Below are positions 32,201 to 42,660 of a DNA stretch of 64,000 nt, piece after piece. The notes under the pieces were generated by a model. It had not been told where the DNA came from. It was given only the letters and a program-made list of their open reading frames with translations, and did no database searches. Made by a program: the position numbers and the translations under genes. Source of the stretch: Limnothrix sp. BL-A-16 (GTDB taxonomy: Bacteria > Cyanobacteriota > Cyanobacteriia > CACIAM-69d); the NCBI GenBank assembly GCA_041937175.2, contig CP166615.1, positions 2,944,001 through 3,008,000 of the forward strand. The letters are read 5' to 3'. How positions within the stretch are numbered: the first letter of the stretch is position 1; every line of letters begins with the position of its first letter.

Positions 32201-33962
32201 GAACGGCGACACGGCCAGCTCCGCGATCAAACAGGTGGCTTCGGGACGCTTTGGCGTGACCCCGGAATACCTGATGAGCGCCGAGCAAATCGAAATCAAG
32301 GTGGCCCAAGGCGCGAAACCCGGTGAGGGCGGTCAGCTCCCCGGCAAGAAGGTCAGCCCCTACATCGCCATGCTGCGGCGATCGAAGCCCGGTGTCACCC
32401 TGATTTCGCCGCCGCCCCACCACGACATCTACTCGATCGAAGATTTGGCTCAACTGATCTTTGATCTGCACCAAATCAACCCGCGCGCCAAGGTGTCCGT
32501 GAAGCTGGTGGCCGAAGTGGGCATCGGCACAGTAGCCGCCGGGGTGGCCAAGGCCAACGCCGACGTGATCCAAATTTCTGGCCACGACGGCGGCACGGGC
32601 GCTTCGCCCCTCAGCTCGATCAAGCACGCCGGTAGCCCCTGGGAATTGGGACTGGCGGAAGTGCACAAGTCCCTGATGGAAAACGGCCTGCGCGATCGGG
32701 TCGTCCTGCGGGTCGATGGCGGCTTCAAAACCGGCTGGGATGTGTTGATGGCGGCCCTGATGGGTGGCGAAGAATTCGGCTTCGGCACGATCGCGATGAT
32801 CGCCGAGGGCTGCATCATGGCCCGCGTTTGCCACATGAACACCTGCCCCGTGGGTGTCACCAGCCAACAGGAGCACCTGCGCAAGCGGTTCCCCGGCATT
32901 CCCGATCACGTGGTCAACTTCTTCTACTTCGTGGCCCAAGAAGTGCGACTATTGCTGGCCCGGTTGGGCTTCCGTCGCCTGGATGAGGTGATCGGCCGCG
33001 CCGATCTGCTGAAGCGCCGCGAAGATGCCAGCCTGACCAAGACCCAGGCGATCGACCTGTCGATTTTGACCAACCTGCCCGACACCCGGAGCGATCGCAC
33101 CTGGCTAAACCACAGCCCCCGCCCCCACAGCAACGATGTGGTGCTGGACAACGCGCTCCTGGGCGATGAGGACATCCAACGGGCGATCCGCTACCAAGGC
33201 TCAGTCGCCAAGACGATCAAGATCATCAACACCGATCGCTCCGTGGGCACGCGGGTTTCCGGCAACATCGCCAAGCGCTACGGCGACAAGGGCTTTGAAG
33301 GGCATTTGCACCTCACCTTTATCGGCAGCGCCGGCCAAAGCTTCGGAGCCTTCAACATCAATGGCATGACTCTGGAACTGGTTGGTGAGTCCAACGACTA
33401 CGTGGGCAAGGGCATGAACGGCGGTGAAATCATTGTCCGGCCGCCCGCCGAAGCCACCTTCGCGCCGGAACACAATGCGATCGTGGGCAACACCTGCCTC
33501 TATGGTTCAACCGGCGGCGTGCTCTACGCCAGCGGTCGGGCCGGTGAGCGGTTCGGCGTGCGCAACTCCAAGGGCCAAGCGGTGATTGAGGGCGCAGGCG
33601 ACCACTGCTGCGAATATATGACCGGCGGCACGATCGTGGTGCTCGGTTCCACGGGTCGCAACGTGGGCGCAGGCATGACCGGCGGTTTGGCCTACTGCTA
33701 CGACGAGGACGGCAGCTTCCCCGGCAAGGTGAACGACGAAATCGTCAAGATCCAGCGGGTTTGCACTCCGGCGGGCGAGGAGCAACTGAAGACGCTGATC
33801 GAAGCCCACGCCGAAAAGACCGGCAGCCCGAAGGCGAAGGCAATCCTAGCCGATTGGGCGAACAGCTTGCCCAAGTTCTGGCAGGTGGTTCCGCCGTCGG
33901 AAGCGAACACGCCGGAAGCCAGCGCCAACCCCGCCGAGGAAAAGGTGGCTGCTACGGTTTAG
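29247..33962 (+). CDS. glsF: Ferredoxin-dependent glutamate synthase
   Basis: ERDACGVGF amidotransferase start, [31 protein letters not shown]5-C-X4-C cluster motif; no small subunit gene adjacent. Confidence 0.95.
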   Translation: MSDRTSQAPVFSSNPLPVMPESGLRYLTEERDACGVGFIAQRQAQASHDLVEKALIALGCMEHRGGCSADRDSGDGAGVMTAIPWTLIEQWAATEGKTIDRDRTAVGMLFLPLDADKLAKTKAAIDATIAEVGLTLLGWRVVPTRPEVLGIQARENLPTIEQVIIESTLTGDALERQLYQLRRRFGNAVVKALGEDDTKVTSQSVGFYACSLSNHTIIYKGMVRSEVLGRFYQDLTNPDYTSAWAVYHRRFSTNTMPRWPLAQPMRMLGHNGEINTLLGNLNWMLAKQADLAHENWTTEELNALKPIVSYENSDSANLDNSLELLVRSGRSILEAVTLLVPEAYENQPDLADYPEIVDYYNYYRGVQEPWDGPALLVFGDGKIVGATLDRNGLRPARYCITRDDYIIVGSEAGVVDIPIENILEKGRLGPGQAIAVDLEAGEVLKNWDLKLKVARQHPYGDWVRDHQQQLTAQPFATDKSLEEASLLQHQTAFGYTAEDLDLVIVDMAANGKEPTYCMGDDIPLAVLSTRPHLLYDYFKQRFAQVTNPPIDPLREKLVMSLEMHLGRRGNLLTPAPEAARLVKISSPVLNETELGKLSESGMQVVTLSTLYSTADGPAGLRAAITALQEQAVAAVQGGAEILILSDRTDSLSPETTYIPPLVAIGSVHHHLIRQGMRMQVSIVADTAQCWSTHHFACAVGFGASAVCPYLALESIRHWWNSDRTQNLMGSGKLPACSIEQAQANYRAAVEAGLLKILSKMGISLLASYHGAQIFEAIGIGRELIDLAFVGTPSRVGGLGVAELAQEVMTFHAAAFPELTAKKLENMGFVQYRKGGEYHMNSPEMAKALHKAVDAFKAQTPEGEWMPGAQALSTEAYDHYSVYKRYLQQRTPTALRDLLDFDTSRAPISVDEVESIESILKRFCTGGMSLGALSPEAHEVLAIAMNRIGGKSNSGEGGEDPRRYTTLNDVDENGLSATFPHLKGLRNGDTASSAIKQVASGRFGVTPEYLMSAEQIEIKVAQGAKPGEGGQLPGKKVSPYIAMLRRSKPGVTLISPPPHHDIYSIEDLAQLIFDLHQINPRAKVSVKLVAEVGIGTVAAGVAKANADVIQISGHDGGTGASPLSSIKHAGSPWELGLAEVHKSLMENGLRDRVVLRVDGGFKTGWDVLMAALMGGEEFGFGTIAMIAEGCIMARVCHMNTCPVGVTSQQEHLRKRFPGIPDHVVNFFYFVAQEVRLLLARLGFRRLDEVIGRADLLKRREDASLTKTQAIDLSILTNLPDTRSDRTWLNHSPRPHSNDVVLDNALLGDEDIQRAIRYQGSVAKTIKIINTDRSVGTRVSGNIAKRYGDKGFEGHLHLTFIGSAGQSFGAFNINGMTLELVGESNDYVGKGMNGGEIIVRPPAEATFAPEHNAIVGNTCLYGSTGGVLYASGRAGERFGVRNSKGQAVIEGAGDHCCEYMTGGTIVVLGSTGRNVGAGMTGGLAYCYDEDGSFPGKVNDEIVKIQRVCTPAGEEQLKTLIEAHAEKTGSPKAKAILADWANSLPKFWQVVPPSEANTPEASANPAEEKVAATV

Positions 33963-34010
33963 GTTTGATGTTCTAGGGCGATCGGGTGTCTAATTGCTAC
34001 CCGATTTCCT

Positions 34011-34056
34011 AACCCCAGTTGGTTGCTCATGCAGGGCGATCGACTGGGGTTATTTC
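34011..34056 (+). terminator. Hairpin terminator after glsF
   Basis: AACCCCAGTTGGTTGC...GCGATCGACTGGGGTT followed by ATTT. Confidence 0.6.
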
Positions 34057-34157
34057 ATGTCGTGTTCGGAAATCCGTACTTTTTTCTAAAACTCTCTAAT
34101 TGTTCTGATTGCTAATTTAGGAAAAGCTTGTAAACTGCTTGATTCGGGATTGTTTTT

Positions 34158-34721
34158 ATGAGTAATAGTCAGCAGTCATCCGGTATCTGGGTTGGTCTTG
34201 CTGTCATTGTTTGGTTAGCATCTTTTTTTGTCATTAGTGTAATTGACAAATTAAATGCCATTAATCCGGATCTTTCTAAATCTCTTGTTTCGGCAGGCAC
34301 TCCAATTGTCATAGCACTAATTTCTGTAATGATTGCAAAACTTTGGGAGCAACGCCTTCAAAAACAGCAAGAGATTAGGATGAAAAAAATGCCTGTTTAT
34401 GAAAAGCAAATCAAAGATATATTGAAGATCATCCTCGCAGAGAAGTATGGCGATACAATTCCAGAACAAAGTGCAATTGAGAAAGGGTTTCTAGATTTCA
34501 CGCAAGAATTGATAGTCTGGGGAAGTCCTGAGGTCATTCAAGCTTGGTCAAGCTTTAAAACTTATGACTGGAGTAGCAGTAGCCCAAAAGATTCACTTCT
34601 GAGATTAGAAGAGTTCATGCTTGTAATTCGCAAAGATCTTGGCAACAACAACTCTATTCTTAAAAAAGGCGATTTAGTCAAGCTTTTTATTAATGACTTC
34701 CATGAGTTAGACATGGAGTAA
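34158..34721 (+). CDS. Hypothetical 2-TM membrane-anchored protein (AT-rich)
   Basis: Two N-terminal hydrophobic helices plus a helical cytoplasmic domain (WGSPEVI..IRKDLG); low GC, no HIP1. Confidence 0.8.
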   Translation: MSNSQQSSGIWVGLAVIVWLASFFVISVIDKLNAINPDLSKSLVSAGTPIVIALISVMIAKLWEQRLQKQQEIRMKKMPVYEKQIKDILKIILAEKYGDTIPEQSAIEKGFLDFTQELIVWGSPEVIQAWSSFKTYDWSSSSPKDSLLRLEEFMLVIRKDLGNNNSILKKGDLVKLFINDFHELDME

Positions 34722-34775
34722 TTAATTCAAGGTCAAGAAACTAGCTTGATCGTCATCATCACTTCTAGAAAAGCC

Positions 34776-35732
34776 ATGAACAATAACCTATTCTGCGGCT
34801 CTGTATCATACCAGGTTAATTGGTCTTGCTATAAACCAAGTATTAATAGAGAAGTTATAAATATTTCTCAAGATGGTCAACAGGGTGAAACCAACTTCAG
34901 AATTCAAGCATCAGAATTAAAAGTTGAGATCCTGAATGATCAGAGTCTAGAGTTTATCTTAAGTCTTAGAACTTCTTTTTTTTCATCCGATCTATCTGTA
35001 GCAAGAGAGAAGTTTGCAGATTATCAGGAATGGATTTTTGCAAATTTTGTAATGAAAACCGGTTCGATCATAGAGAGACATCAAGAATTTGTTGTGTCTG
35101 AAGTCAACCCTCCTGAGTTTAGGATTACTGGTAGTTTCTTCGGAAGTGAGTCGGCATGTTTCTTGCAAGTATACAGCTCTAGTCCCTTATCACAGAAATT
35201 CGGTGATTGGTCATTTCTAAGCCCAAATCAATTTATAGAAACTCATACAAAAATCAAAACTATTTATAAGCAATATGGATTCTGTCTTCAGTGTAAAGAT
35301 TCAATTGTGCGCTACATGCTTCTTTATAATCTGCTATTTCAAATCAATGAATATCGAGGGAAAAGTGACCGACAAGATGACGTTGATGATTTGATTAGAG
35401 AAGTCATCCAGGCAGCCAAAGACAGAGAAGAACTTATCAAAAACCAAGAAACCTATAGGCCAGATCCACCTGAAGATAAAAAGAAAACTGAAGATAAAAA
35501 GAAAAACAGAAAGCAATGTGAAACGATCTATACCTGCTTAAGGAATGAGATTGCACACAAAAGAACATGTCGAATTCTTGTATTTGATGATAAACCTGAT
35601 GAATCTGAATTAACTCTAGAGCAGACAGTGAGTGATATTAAGAATTATGTTGATTCTCTAGCAAGAATCGTGCAACTTTCTATTCTCAACCTTTCATCTA
35701 AAGCGAGTTTAGATTCAAGCGAGGAACTATAA
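34776..35732 (+). CDS. Putative HEPN-domain protein (MauJ/ApeA-like architecture)
   Basis: C-terminal helical domain with an Rx4H motif (LRNEIAH); AT-rich. Confidence 0.6.
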   Translation: MNNNLFCGSVSYQVNWSCYKPSINREVINISQDGQQGETNFRIQASELKVEILNDQSLEFILSLRTSFFSSDLSVAREKFADYQEWIFANFVMKTGSIIERHQEFVVSEVNPPEFRITGSFFGSESACFLQVYSSSPLSQKFGDWSFLSPNQFIETHTKIKTIYKQYGFCLQCKDSIVRYMLLYNLLFQINEYRGKSDRQDDVDDLIREVIQAAKDREELIKNQETYRPDPPEDKKKTEDKKKNRKQCETIYTCLRNEIAHKRTCRILVFDDKPDESELTLEQTVSDIKNYVDSLARIVQLSILNLSSKASLDSSEEL

Positions 35733-35734
35733 CA

Positions 35735-35902
35735 AGCTGGGACGATCGGCAACTGATGCCCAGCGGTAGCCTGACGGATATTTTGGCTGAGTATTGCGAT
35801 GCGTCTCAGCGCCCGTTGCCGCAACCCGGTTATCGATTGCGCGATTATGTGCGGGTTGAGTCGGCGATCAATCCGCAATTTCCCGCCGCCAGCAATCACC
35901 GC
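35735..35902 (+). pseudogene. Probable internal fragment of a cyanobacterial hypothetical gene
   Basis: Host-like frame SWDDRQLMPSGSLTDILAEYCDASQRPLPQPGYR.. begins right after the AT-rich gene; family resemblance from memory only. Confidence 0.3.
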
Positions 35903-35985
35903 TGCCTCAGCACTTTGAGTTGATCGCCCGTTGTCAAAGTGCTTGTGTCAAGATCGCAGTAGACGATCGAGTGGAGAATCAAGCG

Positions 35986-36396
35986 ATGAACCCAGGAGAA
36001 TTGCGATCGGCCGCACTGCGGTTATCGGTGGGCGATCGGTTGCGGCTAATTTGGGACTTGGTGCAATCACTCCTGGGGTGGGATGGGGCGATCGAGCCGG
36101 CCGCGCCCGTAGAACCCACCCTAGAACAGGCGATCGCCCGAATTGAGCCGCTGATTGACCGGGCGGCAAGTCACCAGCCGCACTACCAACCACAACTCAA
36201 GATCCGTTTGCTGGATCACTTGCGTCACACATTTGCCCAATCCCCTAACCATTGGCAAACGCTATTAGCGATGCCAGAAGCGGAGTTATCAAAAAAAGCC
36301 GCGTTGCTATTAGCCACTGAAGCCCTGCTAGCAGCCAGTGAAGACGAATCTGAGGCGGATCAGGCAGAATTACAGCAACTGATTGAAGGGCAATAA
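35986..36396 (+). CDS. Putative antitoxin (addiction-module-like N-terminus, acidic C-terminus), copy 1
   Basis: LRSAALRLSVGDRLRLIWDLVQSL; directly upstream of a PIN gene. Confidence 0.75.
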   Translation: MNPGELRSAALRLSVGDRLRLIWDLVQSLLGWDGAIEPAAPVEPTLEQAIARIEPLIDRAASHQPHYQPQLKIRLLDHLRHTFAQSPNHWQTLLAMPEAELSKKAALLLATEALLAASEDESEADQAELQQLIEGQ

Positions 36397-36401
36397 ACCG
36401 A

Positions 36402-36803
36402 ATGGTTTATTTACTAGATACCAATATTGTCAGTGAGTTTTTAAAACGGGATTCTCCACTGCTAACTCAGCTTCTGTTGTTATTGGCAACTGAGTCCGTA
36501 GCCATTAGCGCCATGACCTACTATGAAATTAGGCGGGGTCTATTAGCGAAGGCAGCGCCCAAACAATTAGAACTATTTGATCGATTTTGCCAGCTTGTTA
36601 ATATTGTGCCTGTGACGCATCCCGAAATTGTCAATATTGCCAGTGAAATCTATGCAAATTTACGATCGCGCGGTTGCCTGATTCAAGATGCGGATATTTT
36701 GATTGCAGCCACGGCGATCGCCCAAAATTGGATTTTGATTTCCAATGATTCCGATCTCACACGAGTCCAAGGATTACGACTAGAGAATTGGTTGATTCGT
36801 TGA
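36402..36803 (+). CDS. vapC: VapC-family PIN toxin, copy 1
   Basis: YLLDTNIVS, E, DADILIAATA, SNDSD. Confidence 0.92.
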   Translation: MVYLLDTNIVSEFLKRDSPLLTQLLLLLATESVAISAMTYYEIRRGLLAKAAPKQLELFDRFCQLVNIVPVTHPEIVNIASEIYANLRSRGCLIQDADILIAATAIAQNWILISNDSDLTRVQGLRLENWLIR

Positions 36804-36830
36804 GCTTAAAAAGTAGTGGAGGACAAGGGG

Positions 36831-37241
36831 ATGAACCCAGGAGAATTGCGATCGGCCGCGCTGCGGTTATCGGTGGGCGATCGGCTGCGGCTGATTTGGG
36901 ACTTGGTGCGATCGCTCCTGGGCTGGGATGGGGCGATCGAATCGGCCGCGCCCGCAGAACCTAGCCTAGAACAGGCGATCGCCCGGATTGAAAAACTAAT
37001 TGACCAGGCCTTGGCAACACATCCCGACTGGGATCCCGGCTTGAAACGGCCAGTGCTCGATCGGGTGTCATCTTCCCTTTCGCAATCGCCCGATCGTTGG
37101 CGAGCCATCTTAGCCGCACCAGAAGAAACGCTTCTGAAGCGTGTGAGCCTATGGCTAGTCATGGAAACATTTAGTCAGATTACAGCCGAAGAATCCGACG
37201 CAGAGAAAGCGGAATTCGTAGCCATCATTGAGGGGAAATAA
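36831..37241 (+). CDS. Putative antitoxin, copy 2
   Basis: First ~55 aa nearly identical to copy 1; TAATG coupling to the toxin. Confidence 0.75.
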   Translation: MNPGELRSAALRLSVGDRLRLIWDLVRSLLGWDGAIESAAPAEPSLEQAIARIEKLIDQALATHPDWDPGLKRPVLDRVSSSLSQSPDRWRAILAAPEETLLKRVSLWLVMETFSQITAEESDAEKAEFVAIIEGK

Positions 37242-37648
37242 TGTTGGTTGGCTATCTGCTGGATACAAATATTGTGAGTGCCATTATTCAGGGCAATGCC
37301 TTAGTAAAAGCTAAGTTTCTGGAAAGGATTGTGGTGATGCCAATCGCTATTAGTGCCATTACCTACTTTGAATGTCGGCGTGGATTATTGGCGAACAAGT
37401 CGCAGAAGAAAATCCAAGCCTTTACTGATTTTTGCCAATTGGTCGATATTTTGCCGGTGACGCATCCCGAAATTGTTAATATTGCCAGCGAGATTTATGC
37501 GGATCTGCGATCGCGCGGTTGCTTAATTCAAGATGCGGATATTTTGATTGCAGCCACGGCGATCGCCCAAAATTGGATTTTGATTTCCAATGATTCTGAT
37601 CTCACACGAGTCCAAGGATTGCGGTTGGAGAATTGGTTGATTGGTTAA
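37241..37648 (+). CDS. vapC: VapC-family PIN toxin, copy 2
   Basis: YLLDTNIVS; C-terminal half nearly identical to copy 1. Confidence 0.92.
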   Translation: MLVGYLLDTNIVSAIIQGNALVKAKFLERIVVMPIAISAITYFECRRGLLANKSQKKIQAFTDFCQLVDILPVTHPEIVNIASEIYADLRSRGCLIQDADILIAATAIAQNWILISNDSDLTRVQGLRLENWLIG

Positions 37649-37708
37649 TTTGCTAACCTTGGCCCGCGATCGGCTCTTCAGCTTTGGCTCGAAATGATAT
37701 CGAGACGA

Positions 37709-39127
37709 TTAGGCTTTTTGGGCTTTGTAGAGTTGCTTAAAGCGCTCCTGCTGAATTTTGTGATCAACGATCGGGGCGGGATAACCCAATGATCGCCGCT
37801 CGATCGGGGTAATTTTTCCCGTGAGTAATGATCCCGTATCCAACCGGCGTAACTCAGGAACCCATTGGCGAATATAGTCACCTTCTGGATCAAATTTTTG
37901 GGCTTGGCTAGCGGGATTAAAAATGCGTAATGGCTTTGGATCCATCCCACTGGAAGCGCTCCACTGCCAACCACCATTGTTCGCAGAAAGATCGCCATCC
38001 ACCAGATTTTGCATGAAGTATTTTTCACCCCAACGCCAATCGATGATCAAATCTTTGGTTAAAAAACTGGCCACAATCATGCGACAGCGGTTGTGCATCC
38101 AGCCAGTTTCATTCAGTTGACGCATCGCCGCATCAACGATCGGATAACCCGTTTGGCCATTGCACCAAGCTTCAAATAAGGCCTCGTTGTTGTCCCAAGG
38201 AAAAGTTTTGAGGGGGGCGCGATAGGCTCCTTCTGAAAGTTCGGGAAAGTGATACATCACATGCTGATAAAACTCGCGCCAGGCCAATTCCTGTTGCCAG
38301 GTGCGAATACTGTTGATGGCTTCTTCGCTGCGGGCGTTGTCGAGGGCGCTGGCGCTGGCTTGCCAAATTTCCCGAATCCCGATCGCCCCAAATTTCAAAG
38401 CGGCGCTCAGGCCCGATGTGCCCTCCAAGGCGGGGAAGTTGCGATCGGGATCGTAGGCTTCAATGGCCCGCTGGCAAAAGGTTTCTAGGCGCGATCGGGC
38501 GGCGGCGGTTCCCGGTTCCAAAATCCAAGGCCCATCCCAGGGATAGCCCAGTTGGCGCGCGGTGGGCAGCGGGATCGCCTGGGTTTGGGCCCGTTCAGCT
38601 TCGGTGAGGGGCAAGAGGCGATCGGGCGCGGGAACGGGGGCTGCTTTCGATCGGGACTGCCAGTTTTTCCAAAAGGGCCCATAGACCGTGTAGGGCGTGC
38701 CGGAGCCGGTGCGAATTTCGTCCGGCACATGGAGCAGTTGATCCCATTGGGTTTGGGCGGCAATGCCCCGCTCTTTTAGGGCCACCAACAGGGCCCGATC
38801 GCGCTCCAAGGCATAGGGTTCCACGTCCCAATTCCAGGCCACGGCCACGGCTCCCAGGCGATCGGCCAAGTTAGGAATTTCCACCCTGGGATCTCCTTTG
38901 AGAATCAGGAAATCTCCGCCCCGTTCTTGATAGGCTTGCTGCAATTCTGCCAAACAACCAATCAGATAGGCCACTCGCGCAGGAGCCACATCATCCCGAT
39001 CGAGAATCCCAGGATCAAGACAGAAAACACCAACCACTTTGGGCGATCGGGCAACGGCTTGGGCTAGACCTAAATTATCGGAAATTCGCAGGTCTTTTCG
39101 ATGCCAAAACAGAATTAAGTCAGTCAT
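37709..39127 (-). CDS. phrA: Deoxyribodipyrimidine photolyase (class I CPD)
   Basis: [42 protein letters not shown]. Confidence 0.93.
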   Translation of the reverse strand: MTDLILFWHRKDLRISDNLGLAQAVARSPKVVGVFCLDPGILDRDDVAPARVAYLIGCLAELQQAYQERGGDFLILKGDPRVEIPNLADRLGAVAVAWNWDVEPYALERDRALLVALKERGIAAQTQWDQLLHVPDEIRTGSGTPYTVYGPFWKNWQSRSKAAPVPAPDRLLPLTEAERAQTQAIPLPTARQLGYPWDGPWILEPGTAAARSRLETFCQRAIEAYDPDRNFPALEGTSGLSAALKFGAIGIREIWQASASALDNARSEEAINSIRTWQQELAWREFYQHVMYHFPELSEGAYRAPLKTFPWDNNEALFEAWCNGQTGYPIVDAAMRQLNETGWMHNRCRMIVASFLTKDLIIDWRWGEKYFMQNLVDGDLSANNGGWQWSASSGMDPKPLRIFNPASQAQKFDPEGDYIRQWVPELRRLDTGSLLTGKITPIERRSLGYPAPIVDHKIQQERFKQLYKAQKA

Positions 39128-39230
39128 GATCTCTGTCAATGATTCAGAGTAACGGATTAAGGAAGATAGTTTCAGAGTTTGCTCCAGACCCTGAATCAGA
39201 CACTAAATAAGCCTGCCAAGAAGGAGCTTA

Positions 39231-39372
39231 GGGCCTGTCGTCATTTCCTAGGATCGGGCGGAGACGATTGATTTTCCAGGTCCCAGTCGTTGTAACAAGG
39301 GGCTTAAGCCCCTTGTCCCCCACGATTTACCAACGGCAGAATCAAGGTTTCAGGTGATTTGACGACACGCCC
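39231..39372. mobile_element. MITE, family B
   Basis: TIRs GGGCCTGTCGTCA / TGACGACACGCCC flanked by TA; inserted in a degenerate GAGCT-TA-AGCTC palindrome; carries the 20-bp palindrome. Confidence 0.85.
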
Positions 39373-39489
39373 TAAGCTCTTTGTCTATGCCATGGATTTC
39401 GTTTTGCCTGTGGTTTAGATCGCACATTGCGGATTGCAAGACTCAGCCGCTGATCTGTACGGAACCACGGAACTTCTGAGGCAATTGGA

Positions 39490-40047
39490 TTAGTTTGATC
39501 CCGCTAGGAATGGTTTGGCTAGAAAGTAGCTGGTGACGGTTTTGGCATCAACCATCACGCCCGATCGCACCGTTTCTTCAAACACTTCAGGAGTCATCAA
39601 CACCACTTCAATATCTTCGTCGTCGTCTTGCAGTGGTGGTTTTTCTAGCTTGGTTAAATTCGTAGCCAAGAAGGCATAAATTAGCTCATCGGAATAGCCC
39701 GGGGCGATCGGGAAATCTCCCAAACAATGCCAAGTGGCGGCCGCATAGCCCGTTTCTTCTTCAATTTCCCGCCGAATGGTTTCCGCCGGATCTTCACCCA
39801 ATTCCACGGTTCCAGCCGGAAACTCTAACAAGCGCCCTTGCATGGCGAAGCGATATTGCCGCACCAACACCAGTTGCCCATCGTGGGTGACCGGCACGGC
39901 CAAGGCCCCGCCGGGATGGCGAATACATTCCCATTCCCCCTCTGCGCCGTTGGGTAACCGCAATTGGGCAACCTCAAAGGCAAACTTACGACCGCGATAG
40001 GTGAGGCGATCGCGGAGTTTGTGGGCGAGTTCGGTTCCAAGGGGCAT
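39490..40047 (-). CDS. NUDIX hydrolase (ADP-ribose pyrophosphatase-like)
   Basis: Nudix box G-X5-E-X7-REIEEETGY. Confidence 0.92.
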   Translation of the reverse strand: MPLGTELAHKLRDRLTYRGRKFAFEVAQLRLPNGAEGEWECIRHPGGALAVPVTHDGQLVLVRQYRFAMQGRLLEFPAGTVELGEDPAETIRREIEEETGYAAATWHCLGDFPIAPGYSDELIYAFLATNLTKLEKPPLQDDDEDIEVVLMTPEVFEETVRSGVMVDAKTVTSYFLAKPFLAGSN

Positions 40048-40066
40048 AGGACGGATGAATCGTGAG

Positions 40067-40848
40067 TTAGGCTAGGGGAATGACTGCTGAACAGTCTAGC
40101 GTTTGGGCGATTTGCGCGATCGCCCGGCCCGTGAGCGGTTCCACCCAGTCGGGGGCAATTTCCGCCAGGGGAACCACAAAAAATGCCCGATCGCCCAATC
40201 CTGGATGGGGCACCTGTAGCCGAGGCGTTTGCACCACCTGATCGCCATAAAGCAACAAATCCAAGTCCAAGGTGCGCGGCCCCCAATGCACCGTCCGCAC
40301 TCGTCCCGCCTCGTTTTCCAGAGCTTGCAGCCGATCGAGCAAGGCCTTTGGGCTGAGGGCGACCTTCAACAGGGCACAACCATTCAGAAAGTCCGGCTGG
40401 GGCGGGCCCATCGGCGGGTTGCGATACCAGCGCGATCGACCCGTGACCTGAATTCCCGGTGTGGCATCCAAAGCCGCCAGAGCACGCTCAAAGGTGGCGG
40501 CCACGTCGCCCAAGTTGCCCCCCAGGGCGATCGCACAGGGGATCGCACAGGATACTGAATGCTTGGGTATTGAATACTTGGGTATTGAATGCGTTGGCTC
40601 CCTCTGTGCCACATTCATGGAATCCGCCAAATTCTGCCCCGGAGTCGAATCATTGCTCTGAGGGCAAGGCAAAGGCTCCATCTGCGGCGTTATTTTTGCC
40701 GTTACCGGTGCTGTTAGTGGTGTTGTCGTGGGTACTGTTGTGGGTGTTGCTCTGGGTGCTGCGGTCGGTGATGTTGTCGGTGATGTTGTCGGTGTTGTTT
40801 CATCGTCCGCTGCCCGATCGCCCGTGAATTGCGCCATCGTTTCCGTCA
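40067..40848 (-). CDS. folK: 7,8-dihydro-6-hydroxymethylpterin pyrophosphokinase (start uncertain, 40618-40909)
   Basis: IALGGNLGD, QPDFLN, WGPRTLDLDLL, VPHP..RAF. Confidence 0.9.
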
Positions 40849-40970
40849 TTCGCTGCCTGTTCATTAGCCATTGATTAGCCCTACGGCTCCCGCCCCGTGC
40901 CGTTGCCAAACGGTCACCGCCAAACCGCTCCTTAAAATACCGCCGATTCTGAACTTCTCCTCAACTTCTG

Positions 40971-41438
40971 ATGAATCTTCCCCCCGATCCCTCCTGGTTC
41001 CATTTGTTGATTCGTTTAGGGCTGGCTCTGTTTGTGGGGGGAACCATTGGGATCGATCGCCAGTTGCGACACAAGCCCGCCGGAATGCGCACTCATATGC
41101 TGGTGAGTTTGGGAGCTGCCCTGTTTGCTATCATTCCGGCGGAAATGGGGGCGGGTCTCGATGCCATCAGTCGATCGGCCCAAGGTGTGGCCACCGGGGT
41201 GGGTTTCTTGGGCGCAGGGGAAATTTTACGCACCAAACGCAGCGAAGAGAAGGTGAAGGGATTGACCTCAGCAGCGGCCGTTTGGGTCTCGGCCGGATTG
41301 GGGTTCGCGGCGGGCTGCGGCTTGTTAGGGTTGGCCACCCTCGGGGCCCTGATGGCTTTCCTAGTCTTGCGCTTGAATGGGGTGGAGCGGCGTTTAACTC
41401 GCAATTTTGATATGAACGCAATTATGGACGATGACTAA
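40971..41438 (+). CDS. MgtC/SapB family membrane protein
   Basis: IGIDR..KPAGMRTHMLV, GVGFLGAG, GLTSAA.VW. Confidence 0.92.
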   Translation: MNLPPDPSWFHLLIRLGLALFVGGTIGIDRQLRHKPAGMRTHMLVSLGAALFAIIPAEMGAGLDAISRSAQGVATGVGFLGAGEILRTKRSEEKVKGLTSAAAVWVSAGLGFAAGCGLLGLATLGALMAFLVLRLNGVERRLTRNFDMNAIMDDD

Positions 41439-42660
41439 ACTACAGCAGCTCCCACTTGCCAAAGCCGCCTGGCCCAAGATGGCGAATTTGGTTTATTTAG
41501 ATTGTCATGCCACCACCCCGATCGATCCCCGGGTAGCAGAGGCCATGTGGCCTTTTTTAACGGACTATTTTGGCAACGCCGGCAGCAACCACGCCTATGG
41601 TTGGGCTGCGGCGGCCGCGGTCGATCAATCTCGGGCCACCTTGGCCGCGGCGATCAATGCCAGCCCTGAGGAAATTTTGTTCACCAGCGGTGCAACGGAA
41701 GCCAACAATCTGGCCATCAAGGGCGTGGCCGAGGCCTATCTCAACAAAGGGCGGCACTTGATTACGGTGGCCACGGAGCATTCGGCGGTGCTGGATCCCT
41801 GTCGCTATTTGCAATCCCTGGGGTTTGAGGTGACGGTTTTGCCGGTTGATCGCCTGGGTTTATTGGATCTGGAGGAACTGGCCCAGGCCATGCGGCCGGA
41901 AACGGTGCTGGTGTCGGTGATGGTGGCGAACAATGAGATCGGTGTTTTGCAGCCGATCGAGCAAATTGGGGCCCTCTGTCGCGATCGGGGCGTGCTGTTT
42001 CACACGGATGCGGCCCAGGCGATCGGGAAAGTGCCCCTTGATGTGCAAACCCAATCGATCGATCTCATGTCCCTGACGGCCCACAAGGTCTATGGGCCCA
42101 AGGGGATTGGGGCCCTGTACGTGCGGCGGGGCAACTCCCGCGTGGCCTTGGCTCCCCAATTGCACGGCGGCGGCCAAGAACGGGGACTGCGGGCGGGAAC
42201 CTTACCCGTGTCGCAAATTGTTGGGTTTGGTCGGGCGATCGAGCTGGCCATGGGGCACCTGGCCACTGAAGCGGAAAAACTGCAAATGCTGCGCGATCGG
42301 CTTTGGGAGCGATTGCAAACCTACTTTGCCACCGCGCCGGGTTTAGACCTGGAACTCAATGGCCACCCCAGCCTTCGCTTGCCAGGTAACTTGAACGTCA
42401 CGATTGAGGGCTTGCCCAACGGGGCCGTTTTGAAAGCCATCCAGTCGATCGCCGCCGTGTCTTCTGGCTCCGCTTGCCAATCGGAAACCGGCCGCCAATC
42501 CCATGTGCTCAAGGCGCTCGGGCAATCGGCCGGCCCCCTGACCACAACGCTGCGGTTTGGGTTGGGTCGATTCCATGACTTCGCCACGATCGATCGAGTC
42601 GCGACCCGGTTAATTGGGGCGATCGAACAGATTCGCCGCAACGCTGGAACCCTTGCTTAA
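41431..42660 (+). CDS. iscS: Cysteine desulfurase (IscS/NifS group I)
   Basis: YLDCHATTP, FTSGATEANN, HTDAAQ, TAHKVYGPKG, SSGSAC. Confidence 0.9.
   Translation: MTKLQQLPLAKAAWPKMANLVYLDCHATTPIDPRVAEAMWPFLTDYFGNAGSNHAYGWAAAAAVDQSRATLAAAINASPEEILFTSGATEANNLAIKGVAEAYLNKGRHLITVATEHSAVLDPCRYLQSLGFEVTVLPVDRLGLLDLEELAQAMRPETVLVSVMVANNEIGVLQPIEQIGALCRDRGVLFHTDAAQAIGKVPLDVQTQSIDLMSLTAHKVYGPKGIGALYVRRGNSRVALAPQLHGGGQERGLRAGTLPVSQIVGFGRAIELAMGHLATEAEKLQMLRDRLWERLQTYFATAPGLDLELNGHPSLRLPGNLNVTIEGLPNGAVLKAIQSIAAVSSGSACQSETGRQSHVLKALGQSAGPLTTTLRFGLGRFHDFATIDRVATRLIGAIEQIRRNAGTLA

Noticed and set aside
31593..32939. Long antisense ORFs (also 13590..14669, 21108..22247, 29751..30665, 43530..44597, 62588..63580)
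   Set aside because: Shadow frames of GC-rich, codon-biased genes, with no motifs or RBS
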